DNA of 64,000 nt from an uncultured Pseudomonadota bacterium (GCA_964568625.1 CAZMQG010000003.1:44166-108165), one strand, 5' to 3'; shown: positions 45,988-54,612, counted from the first letter of the stretch. The notes: generated by a model from the sequence alone, not told the origin. Translations and numbers: made by a program.

Positions 45988-46977
45988 TTATGGCGAAGGA
46001 ACTACTTGTAAAATTTTATGTATTATTGTATCCGTTGTAACTTGCTCAGCTTCAGCCTCGTAAGTCAAAATAATTCTATGACGTAAAACATCGCATGCTA
46101 CAGCCTTTACATCATCAGGCGTTACAAAATGTCGTTTTTTAATAAAAGCATGAGCCTTTGATGCATTAGTCAAAGCAAGCGTCGCACGAGGAGACGCCCC
46201 ATATTCAATGAAATTTTTAATATCGTCAAGCTTATGTTCTTTAGGACTTCTTGAAGCAAATACTATATTCAAAATATATTCAATAACTTTATCGTCAATA
46301 TAAATCTGATCAACAATTTTCTGCGCTTCAAAAATATCTTCTTTTTCAATTACTTTATAAATTTTTTGTGGATTTAGAACCCTGTTTATGACTTCACGTT
46401 CTTCGTTCATTGTTGAATATGAAACAATAATCTTAAACATAAAACGATCAACCTGAGCTTCAGGCAACCTATACGTTCCCTCTTGATCAATTGGGTTTTG
46501 TGTTGCAAGAACTAAAAATGGTTCTTCTAACGCAAACGATTTATCGCCAATGGTTACCTGATGCTCTTGCATTGCCTCAAGCAACGCTGATTGAACTTTT
46601 GCAGGAGCTCTATTAATTTCATCAGCTAAAATAAAATTTGCAAAAATAGGACCTTTTTTTGTCTGAAATTCTTGCGTCTTGGGATTGTAAATTAATGTTC
46701 CAATTAAATCCGCAGGAAGAAGATCGGGAGTAAACTGAATTCGCTGATAATGTAAACCAATTGCTTGAGCTATTGATTTAATCAACGTTGTTTTGGCAAG
46801 CCCGGGAACACCCTCGAGAAGAATATGTCCGTTACACAAAAGACCAATAATTATTCTGTCGACAACAAGATCTTGTCCGACTATTACTTTTTTAACTTCA
46901 TTTCGTAAACCTTGCCAGACAAGGCTTTTTTCTTTAACTAGTTCTGCTATTTGCTGTGTACTCATGGAATCTGCCAT
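45988..46977 (-). CDS. moxR: MoxR-family AAA+ ATPase
   Basis: AAA_3-type blocks: HILLEGVPGLAKT, RIQFTPDLLPADLIG, ILADEINRAPAKVQSALLEAMQE.QVT, VLATQNPIDQEGTYRLPEAQVDRF. Confidence 0.92.
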   Translation of the reverse strand: MADSMSTQQIAELVKEKSLVWQGLRNEVKKVIVGQDLVVDRIIIGLLCNGHILLEGVPGLAKTTLIKSIAQAIGLHYQRIQFTPDLLPADLIGTLIYNPKTQEFQTKKGPIFANFILADEINRAPAKVQSALLEAMQEHQVTIGDKSFALEEPFLVLATQNPIDQEGTYRLPEAQVDRFMFKIIVSYSTMNEEREVINRVLNPQKIYKVIEKEDIFEAQKIVDQIYIDDKVIEYILNIVFASRSPKEHKLDDIKNFIEYGASPRATLALTNASKAHAFIKKRHFVTPDDVKAVACDVLRHRIILTYEAEAEQVTTDTIIHKILQVVPSP

Positions 46978-47391
46978 GACTCGCTCCCAAATTTATAAAT
47001 TAATTAAATAAAGAAACAACTGGCAGTTTAAAATTTAATCGATTGAGGTATGAATGTAAATATTAATTTAAAATTAACGTCTTTTGATTGAAACTTTTTC
47101 TCTCAAAATAAAATGTAATTTAAACATATTCCCGTGATAAATTTTACATAACAAATTTATATTCATGTAAAACAAAAGTAAAAAATAAAAGACAAAAACA
47201 TAACAAAATAATTCTGAAAAAATGCAACGTAATATTCGAGATCCCAAAAACCAATTGTAATAATGCGAAAAATGACATTATTTTAGGTCTTTTTACTTAA
47301 TTTTTAAATTATTTCAAATAGAGTATATAATATTACATATATCGATATGATACTATAATTTTATTTTAAATTTTAATCAGGGGGTTATGTC

Positions 47392-48861
47392 ATGAAAAAT
47401 ATTTTACTTAGAAATTCAATTACGCAACGTTTCTTATCGTCACTTATTGCAAGTATTTTCATCACTAATATTGCCGCTCAAATGAAAAGTACTTTCAGTG
47501 AGCAACAAGATGAATCGCATGCTCAGGAACTCTCAGCTCCCTCAAGGAAAAAACAGAAGCAAATGCATCCTGAAGAAATGCAAAAACCTATCCTCATTCC
47601 TGGCAACATAGCACAAATATCATTACTCGCTGTAAGTGCTTTTACTATTGCAACTCAAACGCTTGATCATATCGATAACATTGACCCTAATACATATTTT
47701 TCAAACTTAACTTGCGATTACCAAGAAATTTTGTATTACGAAATTTTAACACAAGCACAACAACGTTGGCCTAATGCTCATTGGTACGATATCTATACCA
47801 TTAATAGTCGCAATGATGGAATCACTTCAATAGCATTCAGCCCTGATGGTAAATCTCTTGCTGCCGCATCATGGGATAACACCATCAAAATATACAAGCA
47901 AAATTCATCTGGAGCTTGGGATCTTGTAGATTCCTTCGATAGCCCTAGTGCCCTTTCAATAGCATTTAGTCCTGATGGACGACATCTTGCATCCGGGTCA
48001 AACGATCAAAGCGTCAGAATTTATCAACGAAACGCATCGGAAACTTGGACACTTCTACAATTCTTCGATAACACCAACGGAGGACACTCTAATGTTGTAT
48101 CTTCAGTAGCATTCAGCCCTGATGGACAGAAGCTTGCATCCGGGGCATGGGATAACACCATCAAAATATACAAGCGAAATTCCTCTGGAACTTGGAACGT
48201 TATTCAAACTTTTGATCACACCAACGGCGGACATACTAATGTGATCAATTCAGTAACATTCAGCCCTGATGGAAATACTCTTGCTTCCGGGTCAAATGAT
48301 AAAACCGTTAAAATTTTTCAACAAGATGCATCTGGCACTTGGAACGCTATTCACACGTTTGATGCAACCAATGGGGGGCATACCAATTCGGTCCTATCGG
48401 TAGCATTCAGCAATGATGGACAACAACTTGTTTCCGGTTCATTGGATAACACCGTAAATATTTACAAGCAAAATACCTTTGGAACTTGGAACGTTACCCA
48501 CTCCTTCGATCACTCAAATGGAGGACACACAGATATTGCTTACGCCGTAGCATTCAGTCCTGATGGACACCACATTGCTTCCGGATCAAACGATCAAACC
48601 ATTAAAATTTATAATCAAAATTTCTCAAGAAACTGGCACATCATTCACACCTTCGATAAAAATAACGGAGGTCATACCGGCTGGATTATGTCATTAGCAT
48701 TCAGTCCTGATGGACGATATCTTGCTTCCGGATCAATTGATCATTCAATCAAAATTTATAGACAATGCTTTGGAAAATTTGAAGACCCTGCATTTGAAGG
48801 TCATGCTCTTGAAGCACTTTTAATTTTTATAAAAAATCTGCCGCAAGCTAACGGACGTTAA
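47392..48861 (+). CDS. Seven-bladed WD40-repeat protein with N-terminal signal/anchor
   Basis: Leader FLSSLIASIFITNIAAQ. Seven very regular ~47-49-aa units of the form V.S(V/I)AFSPDG..LASGS.D.T(I/V)KIY.Q..SGTW....TFD..NGGHT... follow. Confidence 0.9.
   Translation: MKNILLRNSITQRFLSSLIASIFITNIAAQMKSTFSEQQDESHAQELSAPSRKKQKQMHPEEMQKPILIPGNIAQISLLAVSAFTIATQTLDHIDNIDPNTYFSNLTCDYQEILYYEILTQAQQRWPNAHWYDIYTINSRNDGITSIAFSPDGKSLAAASWDNTIKIYKQNSSGAWDLVDSFDSPSALSIAFSPDGRHLASGSNDQSVRIYQRNASETWTLLQFFDNTNGGHSNVVSSVAFSPDGQKLASGAWDNTIKIYKRNSSGTWNVIQTFDHTNGGHTNVINSVTFSPDGNTLASGSNDKTVKIFQQDASGTWNAIHTFDATNGGHTNSVLSVAFSNDGQQLVSGSLDNTVNIYKQNTFGTWNVTHSFDHSNGGHTDIAYAVAFSPDGHHIASGSNDQTIKIYNQNFSRNWHIIHTFDKNNGGHTGWIMSLAFSPDGRYLASGSIDHSIKIYRQCFGKFEDPAFEGHALEALLIFIKNLPQANGR
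47809..48771 (+). repeat. Intragenic tandem coding repeats (WD40 blades, period ~141-147 nt) with stretches of DNA identity
   Basis: The 30-nt string catgggataacaccatcaaaatatacaagc is identical at 47870-47899 and 48146-48175. The string (g/t)ta(g/a)cattcag(c/t)(c/a)(c/a)tgatgg recurs once per unit. Confidence 0.85.
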
Positions 48862-48900
48862 GAAAAACTATATACAGAAAAGTCTAAGCGTAAATTGAAC

Positions 48901-50229
48901 TCAATCTATGTTTAGACTTTTTAAATTTATATTTAATTTGGAAACTTTATCTGATAAAGAAGTGATACTTAAATTTAATCGTTCTGATGTCTGCTGCAAA
49001 TCAAAATTGCTTTTACGCAAAACATATAACAGATATTTTTTTTCAAAACTTTTAGCCGCTTCATCAAATGAGCTGAAACTTAAAAAGGACTGTTCTTCAA
49101 TAAAATCAACATCACGTTCTCCAACCAAATGTTCTAACATTCGCATTGAAATCTTAGAATCGCTATTTTCTGCAAGAATAACAACCTTTTCAATCAAATC
49201 CCTAATTTGAGAGATATTCCCAGGCCAGAAGCGATTGCGTAAGTATCTTATAGATTCCGCATCAATCGTAATATTTTTATTATAAATATCATTAAACTTT
49301 TTAACCCAATGATCTAACAAAAGCGGAATATCATATCTACGCTTATTTATAGAAGGAACTTCAACCGGAGTTATATTCAGTTTATAAAATAAATTACTGT
49401 TAAATTTATCTTCTCGCATTAATCTAAATAAAGATCTAGTACTTGTAACAATAATTTTTACAAGCCCGGTATTATTTTTTAATTTATACCCATCGCTATC
49501 TAAATAATTAACAAATTTCTTTTGCTCATCAAGCAAAAGATTATCAATATTCTTAACAAGAATTGTTCCATCCAAATCACAAATTTTTGAATTAACATTA
49601 GTCTCGGATAAACAGTCAATAACCGTAAAAGACCTATCTTTAAATTGAGAACTCAATAGATTATAATTTAAATGAACAAATCTAGAAATTAATGTTTTCC
49701 CTGTTCCATGCTCACCATAAATTAGTAGCGGCAATTTAATATTGGCTATATTTTTAATCTGAGTCATTAACTCCAAAAACAGGAAGCTTTCGCCCACTAT
49801 CTCTAGTTTTTTAATCTCAGTTAAAATAACAGAATCTGTATTATTTTGTTTTGAGCTCTTTGAATTCTCTTTCAAGAATGAAATCTTTGAAAAAATTTCA
49901 TCAAGATTAAATGGCTTTTCAATAAAATCCATTGCACCATTTTTGATTGCTTCGACGGCTAGCGATATATTTCCAAAACCCGAAATAACCATAACTTTTT
50001 GCGATGGATACTCTTTTTTGATTTTAGTAAGCAACTCCAAACCGTTGCAATTTGGCATAAAAATATCAAGAAAAATAAGATCTGGGACTAACTCTCCAAT
50101 TAAATTAAGTGCCTTATTACCATCCGAAAGCGTCTCCACTCGGAACCCTTCGTCCATGAGAGACTCTTTTAATGTTTGCAAAATTGCAACTTCATCATCC
50201 ACAATCAAAATAAGAGGAGAATAGTTCAT
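48901..50229 (-). CDS. NtrC-like response regulator (REC + degenerate AAA+ + Fis-type HTH)
   Basis: The REC domain has LIVDDE, LIFLDIFMP (Asp acceptor) and FIEKP. The central domain has GEHGTGKT and WPGNISQIRDLIE, but the GAFTGA segment is missing and Walker B reads ILVKNIDNL. A C-terminal HTH is present (LQQTSERLNLSITSLSDKVSKL). Confidence 0.85.
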   Translation of the reverse strand: MNYSPLILIVDDEVAILQTLKESLMDEGFRVETLSDGNKALNLIGELVPDLIFLDIFMPNCNGLELLTKIKKEYPSQKVMVISGFGNISLAVEAIKNGAMDFIEKPFNLDEIFSKISFLKENSKSSKQNNTDSVILTEIKKLEIVGESFLFLELMTQIKNIANIKLPLLIYGEHGTGKTLISRFVHLNYNLLSSQFKDRSFTVIDCLSETNVNSKICDLDGTILVKNIDNLLLDEQKKFVNYLDSDGYKLKNNTGLVKIIVTSTRSLFRLMREDKFNSNLFYKLNITPVEVPSINKRRYDIPLLLDHWVKKFNDIYNKNITIDAESIRYLRNRFWPGNISQIRDLIEKVVILAENSDSKISMRMLEHLVGERDVDFIEEQSFLSFSSFDEAAKSFEKKYLLYVLRKSNFDLQQTSERLNLSITSLSDKVSKLNINLKSLNID

Positions 50230-50279
50230 AGCCGTATCTTTACCTTATTTTAAACCTATAAAACTTTTAGATAATAAAA

Positions 50280-51038
50280 CTAATCTTTTACAAACCCAAT
50301 TTGTTCTATCGGACCTTCGGTTAACCCCCTAATAAATTGGTATATATATGGATCCTTACATTCCCAAATATCTTTTGTAGGGCCCTTATAAACGATCTTG
50401 CCTTGGTGCAACATCGCAACCTGAGTGGCATAATTAAAAATATCAATATCGTGAGAAATAACAATTGTTGTTGTTTTTTGTTCTATATGCGTTTTTTTAA
50501 TCAATTCATGAATTAATCGAACCGTAATTGGATCAAGTCCCGTTGTTGGTTCATCATAAATCAGTACTTTAGGACTCAACATCAAGGTACGCGCCAACCC
50601 AACACGTTTTTTCATACCTCCAGAGAGTTCATTTGGATAACGATCCAAGATGCTTTCATCAAGTCCAACATTACGCAATTTTTCAACAACAAGTGGTTTA
50701 ATTTTTTCCTCAGGCCAATCTTCCTCAATAAGAGTTATTCCAACATTTTCAAACACATTTAATGAATCCAAAAGTGCTGCAAACTGGAAAACGTATCCAC
50801 ATTTTTTGAAAACAGCCCTTAACTCATGTTTTGATAGCTTTGTAATATCTTGCCCATCAATAATTACACTTCCACTAGTCGGATGAATTAACCCAATAAT
50901 TTGTTTTAAAAGAACGGATTTCCCCTCTCCAGATCGACCAATTATGGCAAGAAATTCTCCATCTTCGATCGTAAGATCTAAGTTTTTTGTTACAGTTTTA
51001 TCGCCAAAAGATTTGGTTAAATTTTTTAATTCTATCAT
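50280..51038 (-). CDS. mlaF: Mla-type phospholipid ABC transporter ATP-binding protein
   Basis: Walker A GRSGEGKS, signature LSGGMKKRVGLAR and Walker B LIYDEPTTGLDP. An ATGA overlap links it to the mlaE-like permease. Confidence 0.8.
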   Translation of the reverse strand: MIELKNLTKSFGDKTVTKNLDLTIEDGEFLAIIGRSGEGKSVLLKQIIGLIHPTSGSVIIDGQDITKLSKHELRAVFKKCGYVFQFAALLDSLNVFENVGITLIEEDWPEEKIKPLVVEKLRNVGLDESILDRYPNELSGGMKKRVGLARTLMLSPKVLIYDEPTTGLDPITVRLIHELIKKTHIEQKTTTIVISHDIDIFNYATQVAMLHQGKIVYKGPTKDIWECKDPYIYQFIRGLTEGPIEQIGFVKD

Positions 51039-51814
51039 TTTATAAACATCAAAGAGGTTAGAATATAGTCAGCTACTACAACTGTTAATATTGAGTATAC
51101 CACGCTTTGAGTAATTGCAATGCCAACTCCTGTGGCTCCTCCCTTAGCATAAAACCCCTTATAGGTGGTAATTATTGTAAGCAAAAAACCGAAAACTATA
51201 GCTTTAATCAAACCATTCACAATATCTGTGAGCTCAACATTCTCAATTATCGCCTGGGTATAAACTTGTGGATTAATTCCAAGAACATAAACTGCTACAA
51301 CATATCCAGCAGCTACACCGAATAACGTACAAAAAATTGAAAGAAAGGGCATAATGATTGTCGCTGCAACAAGCCTAGGCACAACCAGATACTGCTTCGT
51401 ATCAATACATAAAGTTTGCAACGCATCAATCTGTTCGGTAATCCGCATGGTTCCCAACTCTGACGTAATTGCAGACCCGGCCCTACCAATGACCATTATT
51501 GCCGCAAAAACCGGTCCGAATTCACGAGTCATAGCTATGTAAACAATTGGACCTATAAATTGGCTGGCTCCAAACCTCTCAAGCCCTATATAACTTTGCA
51601 TTGCAAGCGCTGCACCAACTGTGCCTCCGACCAAGCCTACAACACCAACTGAATTCACACCTATGTAATTCATATGGTAAAAAACTTTTTTAATCTTGAG
51701 CTTAGTACTAAACAAGGCTTCAAGCGTTTCATAGCCAAATAAACCAAGGTCACCAAGCGCTTGGCAAAACTCAATTGTTTTTTTACCTAGGACATCAATA
51801 AAATTGATCCCCAC
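51035..51814 (-). CDS. mlaE: Mla-type ABC transporter permease
   Basis: MlaE/TGD1-family blocks: REFGPVFAAIMVIGRAGSAITSELGTMRITEQIDAL, LVVPRL.A. The start codon is a GTG at 51814. Confidence 0.8.
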   Translation of the reverse strand: MGINFIDVLGKKTIEFCQALGDLGLFGYETLEALFSTKLKIKKVFYHMNYIGVNSVGVVGLVGGTVGAALAMQSYIGLERFGASQFIGPIVYIAMTREFGPVFAAIMVIGRAGSAITSELGTMRITEQIDALQTLCIDTKQYLVVPRLVAATIIMPFLSIFCTLFGVAAGYVVAVYVLGINPQVYTQAIIENVELTDIVNGLIKAIVFGFLLTIITTYKGFYAKGGATGVGIAITQSVVYSILTVVVADYILTSLMFIK

Positions 51815-51839
51815 ATTTTTGCCCTTTTAATTTTTCAAA

Positions 51840-52190
51840 TTATTCTTCGTCAGTTGATTCTTCTGGCACTGAATTTACTGGTGCTGAATTAATAGGAAAA
51901 GACGACTGTTTTGTTGTTGAAGAAGTATCAGCTTTAAATCCTGAAAGGCTTGAGTATTGTCTCTCATTTGATTTAATCAAAGAAAGTCCAAGCGCACCAA
52001 AAATAAATAGTGCCGCCATAACCCAAGTCACTTTCTCAAAAAAGCTACGCCCGCCAGACCCACCAAACAAAATTTGTGAACCACTTCCAATACTACCTAA
52101 TCCCATGTCCCCTTTACCTGGCTGAATTAATATAATAATTGCAAGTAAAGCGGAAAGAATTACAAAAAGAACCATCAAGAACGTATACAT
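51840..52190 (-). CDS. secG: Preprotein translocase subunit SecG
   Basis: Two TM segments with the SecG loop IILIQPGKGDMG...FGGSGG. The conserved tpiA-secG synteny supports the call. Confidence 0.85.
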   Translation of the reverse strand: MYTFLMVLFVILSALLAIIILIQPGKGDMGLGSIGSGSQILFGGSGGRSFFEKVTWVMAALFIFGALGLSLIKSNERQYSSLSGFKADTSSTTKQSSFPINSAPVNSVPEESTDEE

Positions 52191-52232
52191 CTTCTCTCTC
52201 TTCGAAAATTTAAAGGTTAAACGGAATTTATT

Positions 52233-53018
52233 TTAGTTATTATTCCCAAGAATAGTCGATTTTACGATTTTTTCAAATAATTCAAAGTTTGTACTCATTT
52301 TTCCTATTAAAAAACCGCTGATATGGCTTATTTGACCGATTATTGCAGCATTTTCAGCGTCTACGCTACCTCCATATAAAAATTGCCAATTTGAGATTGA
52401 ATCACTCTTCTGAATTTGAGCATTAATCCAAGCAAAAATTGTCTCCAATTTCTCATTAGATGGCGTTTTGCCAGACCCAATACACCATTCCGGTTCATAT
52501 GCTATAAATATTGGTAATCCATTTAACTTTTTTATCGAATGGCTTACAATTTCAATAACTCTTTTTAATTGTTCATTAATAATTTCCAGAGTTTTTCCAT
52601 TTTTATGATCTACTTCTGATTCTCCAATACATATAACAGGAGAAATTCCATCATCAATAAGCTTCTCAATTTTTTTTGAAATCATCTCATCTGTTTCGCT
52701 TTTATACTTACGAATTTCGCTGTGCCCAATAATACATATCTTACATCCAACCTGAGCAAGAGTTTTTGAACCAACTTGTCCCGTAAAAGGACCTTTTATA
52801 TGCTCCGAACAATTTTGCGCACCAACTTGAATTTTCGTTTGCCTAAAAATTTGCGTCATTGGATAAAGCATAGGAAATGACGGACATAAAATAATGGAGA
52901 CATTTGGCAAATCGGCTAATGTTATCATTTGATCAAAATTTGTAGTTGCATAATTTATTGATTCATTAAAATCGAAATACATCTTCCAATTTGCGATGAA
53001 TGTATAACGCTTCTTCAT
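52233..53018 (-). CDS. tpiA: Triose-phosphate isomerase
   Basis: TIM motifs ANWKM, IIGHSE.R, YEPEWCIGSGKT and LYGGSV. Confidence 0.92.
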   Translation of the reverse strand: MKKRYTFIANWKMYFDFNESINYATTNFDQMITLADLPNVSIILCPSFPMLYPMTQIFRQTKIQVGAQNCSEHIKGPFTGQVGSKTLAQVGCKICIIGHSEIRKYKSETDEMISKKIEKLIDDGISPVICIGESEVDHKNGKTLEIINEQLKRVIEIVSHSIKKLNGLPIFIAYEPEWCIGSGKTPSNEKLETIFAWINAQIQKSDSISNWQFLYGGSVDAENAAIIGQISHISGFLIGKMSTNFELFEKIVKSTILGNNN

Positions 53019-53259
53019 TTATCCCCTTTTTAAAAATCATACAAATAAAAACTTTAACAAATTATAAATGGTTGCAACGCGAAAAGAAAGGAAAAGTTAA
53101 TCGCATAAATTAAAGCTTAAAAATATGGGCTTTACTCTCGGCTTTCCCTTGACTAAAGCCAAATTTAAAGTAAGCTCAGTGCTTAACACAAGCTGTTTTT
53201 TCTTTAATTAATAAAAATGACGAAACTTTTAAAATTTTGTACAAAAATTTGGATAAAAA

Positions 53260-54612
53260 ATGATTTCAAGCAGAGCTTACTCTTTAATTTTATTAATCTT
53301 TTTAATCCCAACTGCGGCTTTAGCAACGCATACAGGTAACAGGTATAGCATTTTTCTTGAGAAGCCAGAGCTTTATGTAACCAAACAGAAATCTTTTATT
53401 GATGCATCTGTATTTTATGCAACAGCTTCAACAGCATGTAAACGCTACGGTGGAACATGTGGAATTCCAGAGTTATACGGATCTTATGATTTAAAAGATG
53501 TAATTTCAAGCTTACAAAAAGCAAATCCGGGAGAGTATGAAGGAGATAATAACCCAATTTATGAAATTACTGGCTCAAACGCACTTGAAGGCCAAGAGTT
53601 GAAATTTGGTGTTTCAGGAAAAGTAAACACTGTCGGATTAATTCTGGCATATGAACAAAATTTAAAATTTGCCAACTTAAAAAATGTCACTTTTGGCATT
53701 TGGCTTCCGATAATGAATTCAGATATAATTAGTAGATTTGATTTTAATAGAAAAGAATATTACAACACATATCACATCAATTTAAGTGATGCAGAAGTTC
53801 AAAAAATCGATGCAATCAGAAGACTTACACATAAAGAAATTGGATTCAAGGGAACAAATATTTCACGAAGTGGAGTAGGTGATATTGATTTACACTTACG
53901 TGGAAATTATTTTATAGATCATAAATTAATGATGCGAGGTATTGATCTAAATTTACAATGCGGTGTAGTAATACCTGCAGGTCGTAAAATGAACATTGAT
54001 TATCCAGCGTCGGTTCCATTTATGAATGATGGGCACTGGGGAGTTTATCTCGATTTTATTCCAGAATTTGAGTTAAAACAGGATCTAAAAGTGGGTTTGA
54101 TTCTTGGTGGACTTTGGCAATTCAATGATACTCAAAATCGCAGAATTGCAATTTACAAAGAACCATCTAATTATAGCGCTCTAGTTGGAAAAGTTGAAAT
54201 AGATCCAGGAAATGTATTTAAATTTTCACCATATGTAACACTTGAAAATCTTTCTGATGGAGTACATATCCAACTTCGTTATACATATTTAAGGCATGGC
54301 ATGGATAAATGGAGCGATGAGCGAGACAACAAATCAATTGCTTGTTACTTAGAAACAGAAAAAAGAATAGATCCAACAGATCCAACAAAAGATATAACTC
54401 ATGAAGATCTTGAAAAAAATTTGAATTATAAAAATCAGTTGTCCAAATGGAGAGCTCATTATTTTACAATTCAAACGGCATATGACTCAAAGATTGCATT
54501 AAAAAATTGGTTTATGAATCCCAAGTTTTATGCATCTTATGATATGCCAATTAATGGTAATGGTTTTTGTAAAACACATTTAGTTACACTAGGTGCGCAA
54601 CTTTTCTTTTAA
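53260..54612 (+). CDS. Putative outer-membrane beta-barrel protein
   Basis: Signal peptide LILLIFLIPTAALA. Alternating beta-strand-like segments run throughout. The C-terminus LVTLGAQLFF ends in an aromatic residue, typical of an OMP. I recognise no specific family. Confidence 0.55.
   Translation: MISSRAYSLILLIFLIPTAALATHTGNRYSIFLEKPELYVTKQKSFIDASVFYATASTACKRYGGTCGIPELYGSYDLKDVISSLQKANPGEYEGDNNPIYEITGSNALEGQELKFGVSGKVNTVGLILAYEQNLKFANLKNVTFGIWLPIMNSDIISRFDFNRKEYYNTYHINLSDAEVQKIDAIRRLTHKEIGFKGTNISRSGVGDIDLHLRGNYFIDHKLMMRGIDLNLQCGVVIPAGRKMNIDYPASVPFMNDGHWGVYLDFIPEFELKQDLKVGLILGGLWQFNDTQNRRIAIYKEPSNYSALVGKVEIDPGNVFKFSPYVTLENLSDGVHIQLRYTYLRHGMDKWSDERDNKSIACYLETEKRIDPTDPTKDITHEDLEKNLNYKNQLSKWRAHYFTIQTAYDSKIALKNWFMNPKFYASYDMPINGNGFCKTHLVTLGAQLFF

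Noticed and set aside
47809-48771. Regularly spaced ~141-147-nt DNA repeats, considered as a CRISPR-like or satellite array.
   Set aside because: The repeats are in frame inside one long ORF and encode WD40 blades. There are no short conserved repeat plus unique spacer units and no cas genes.
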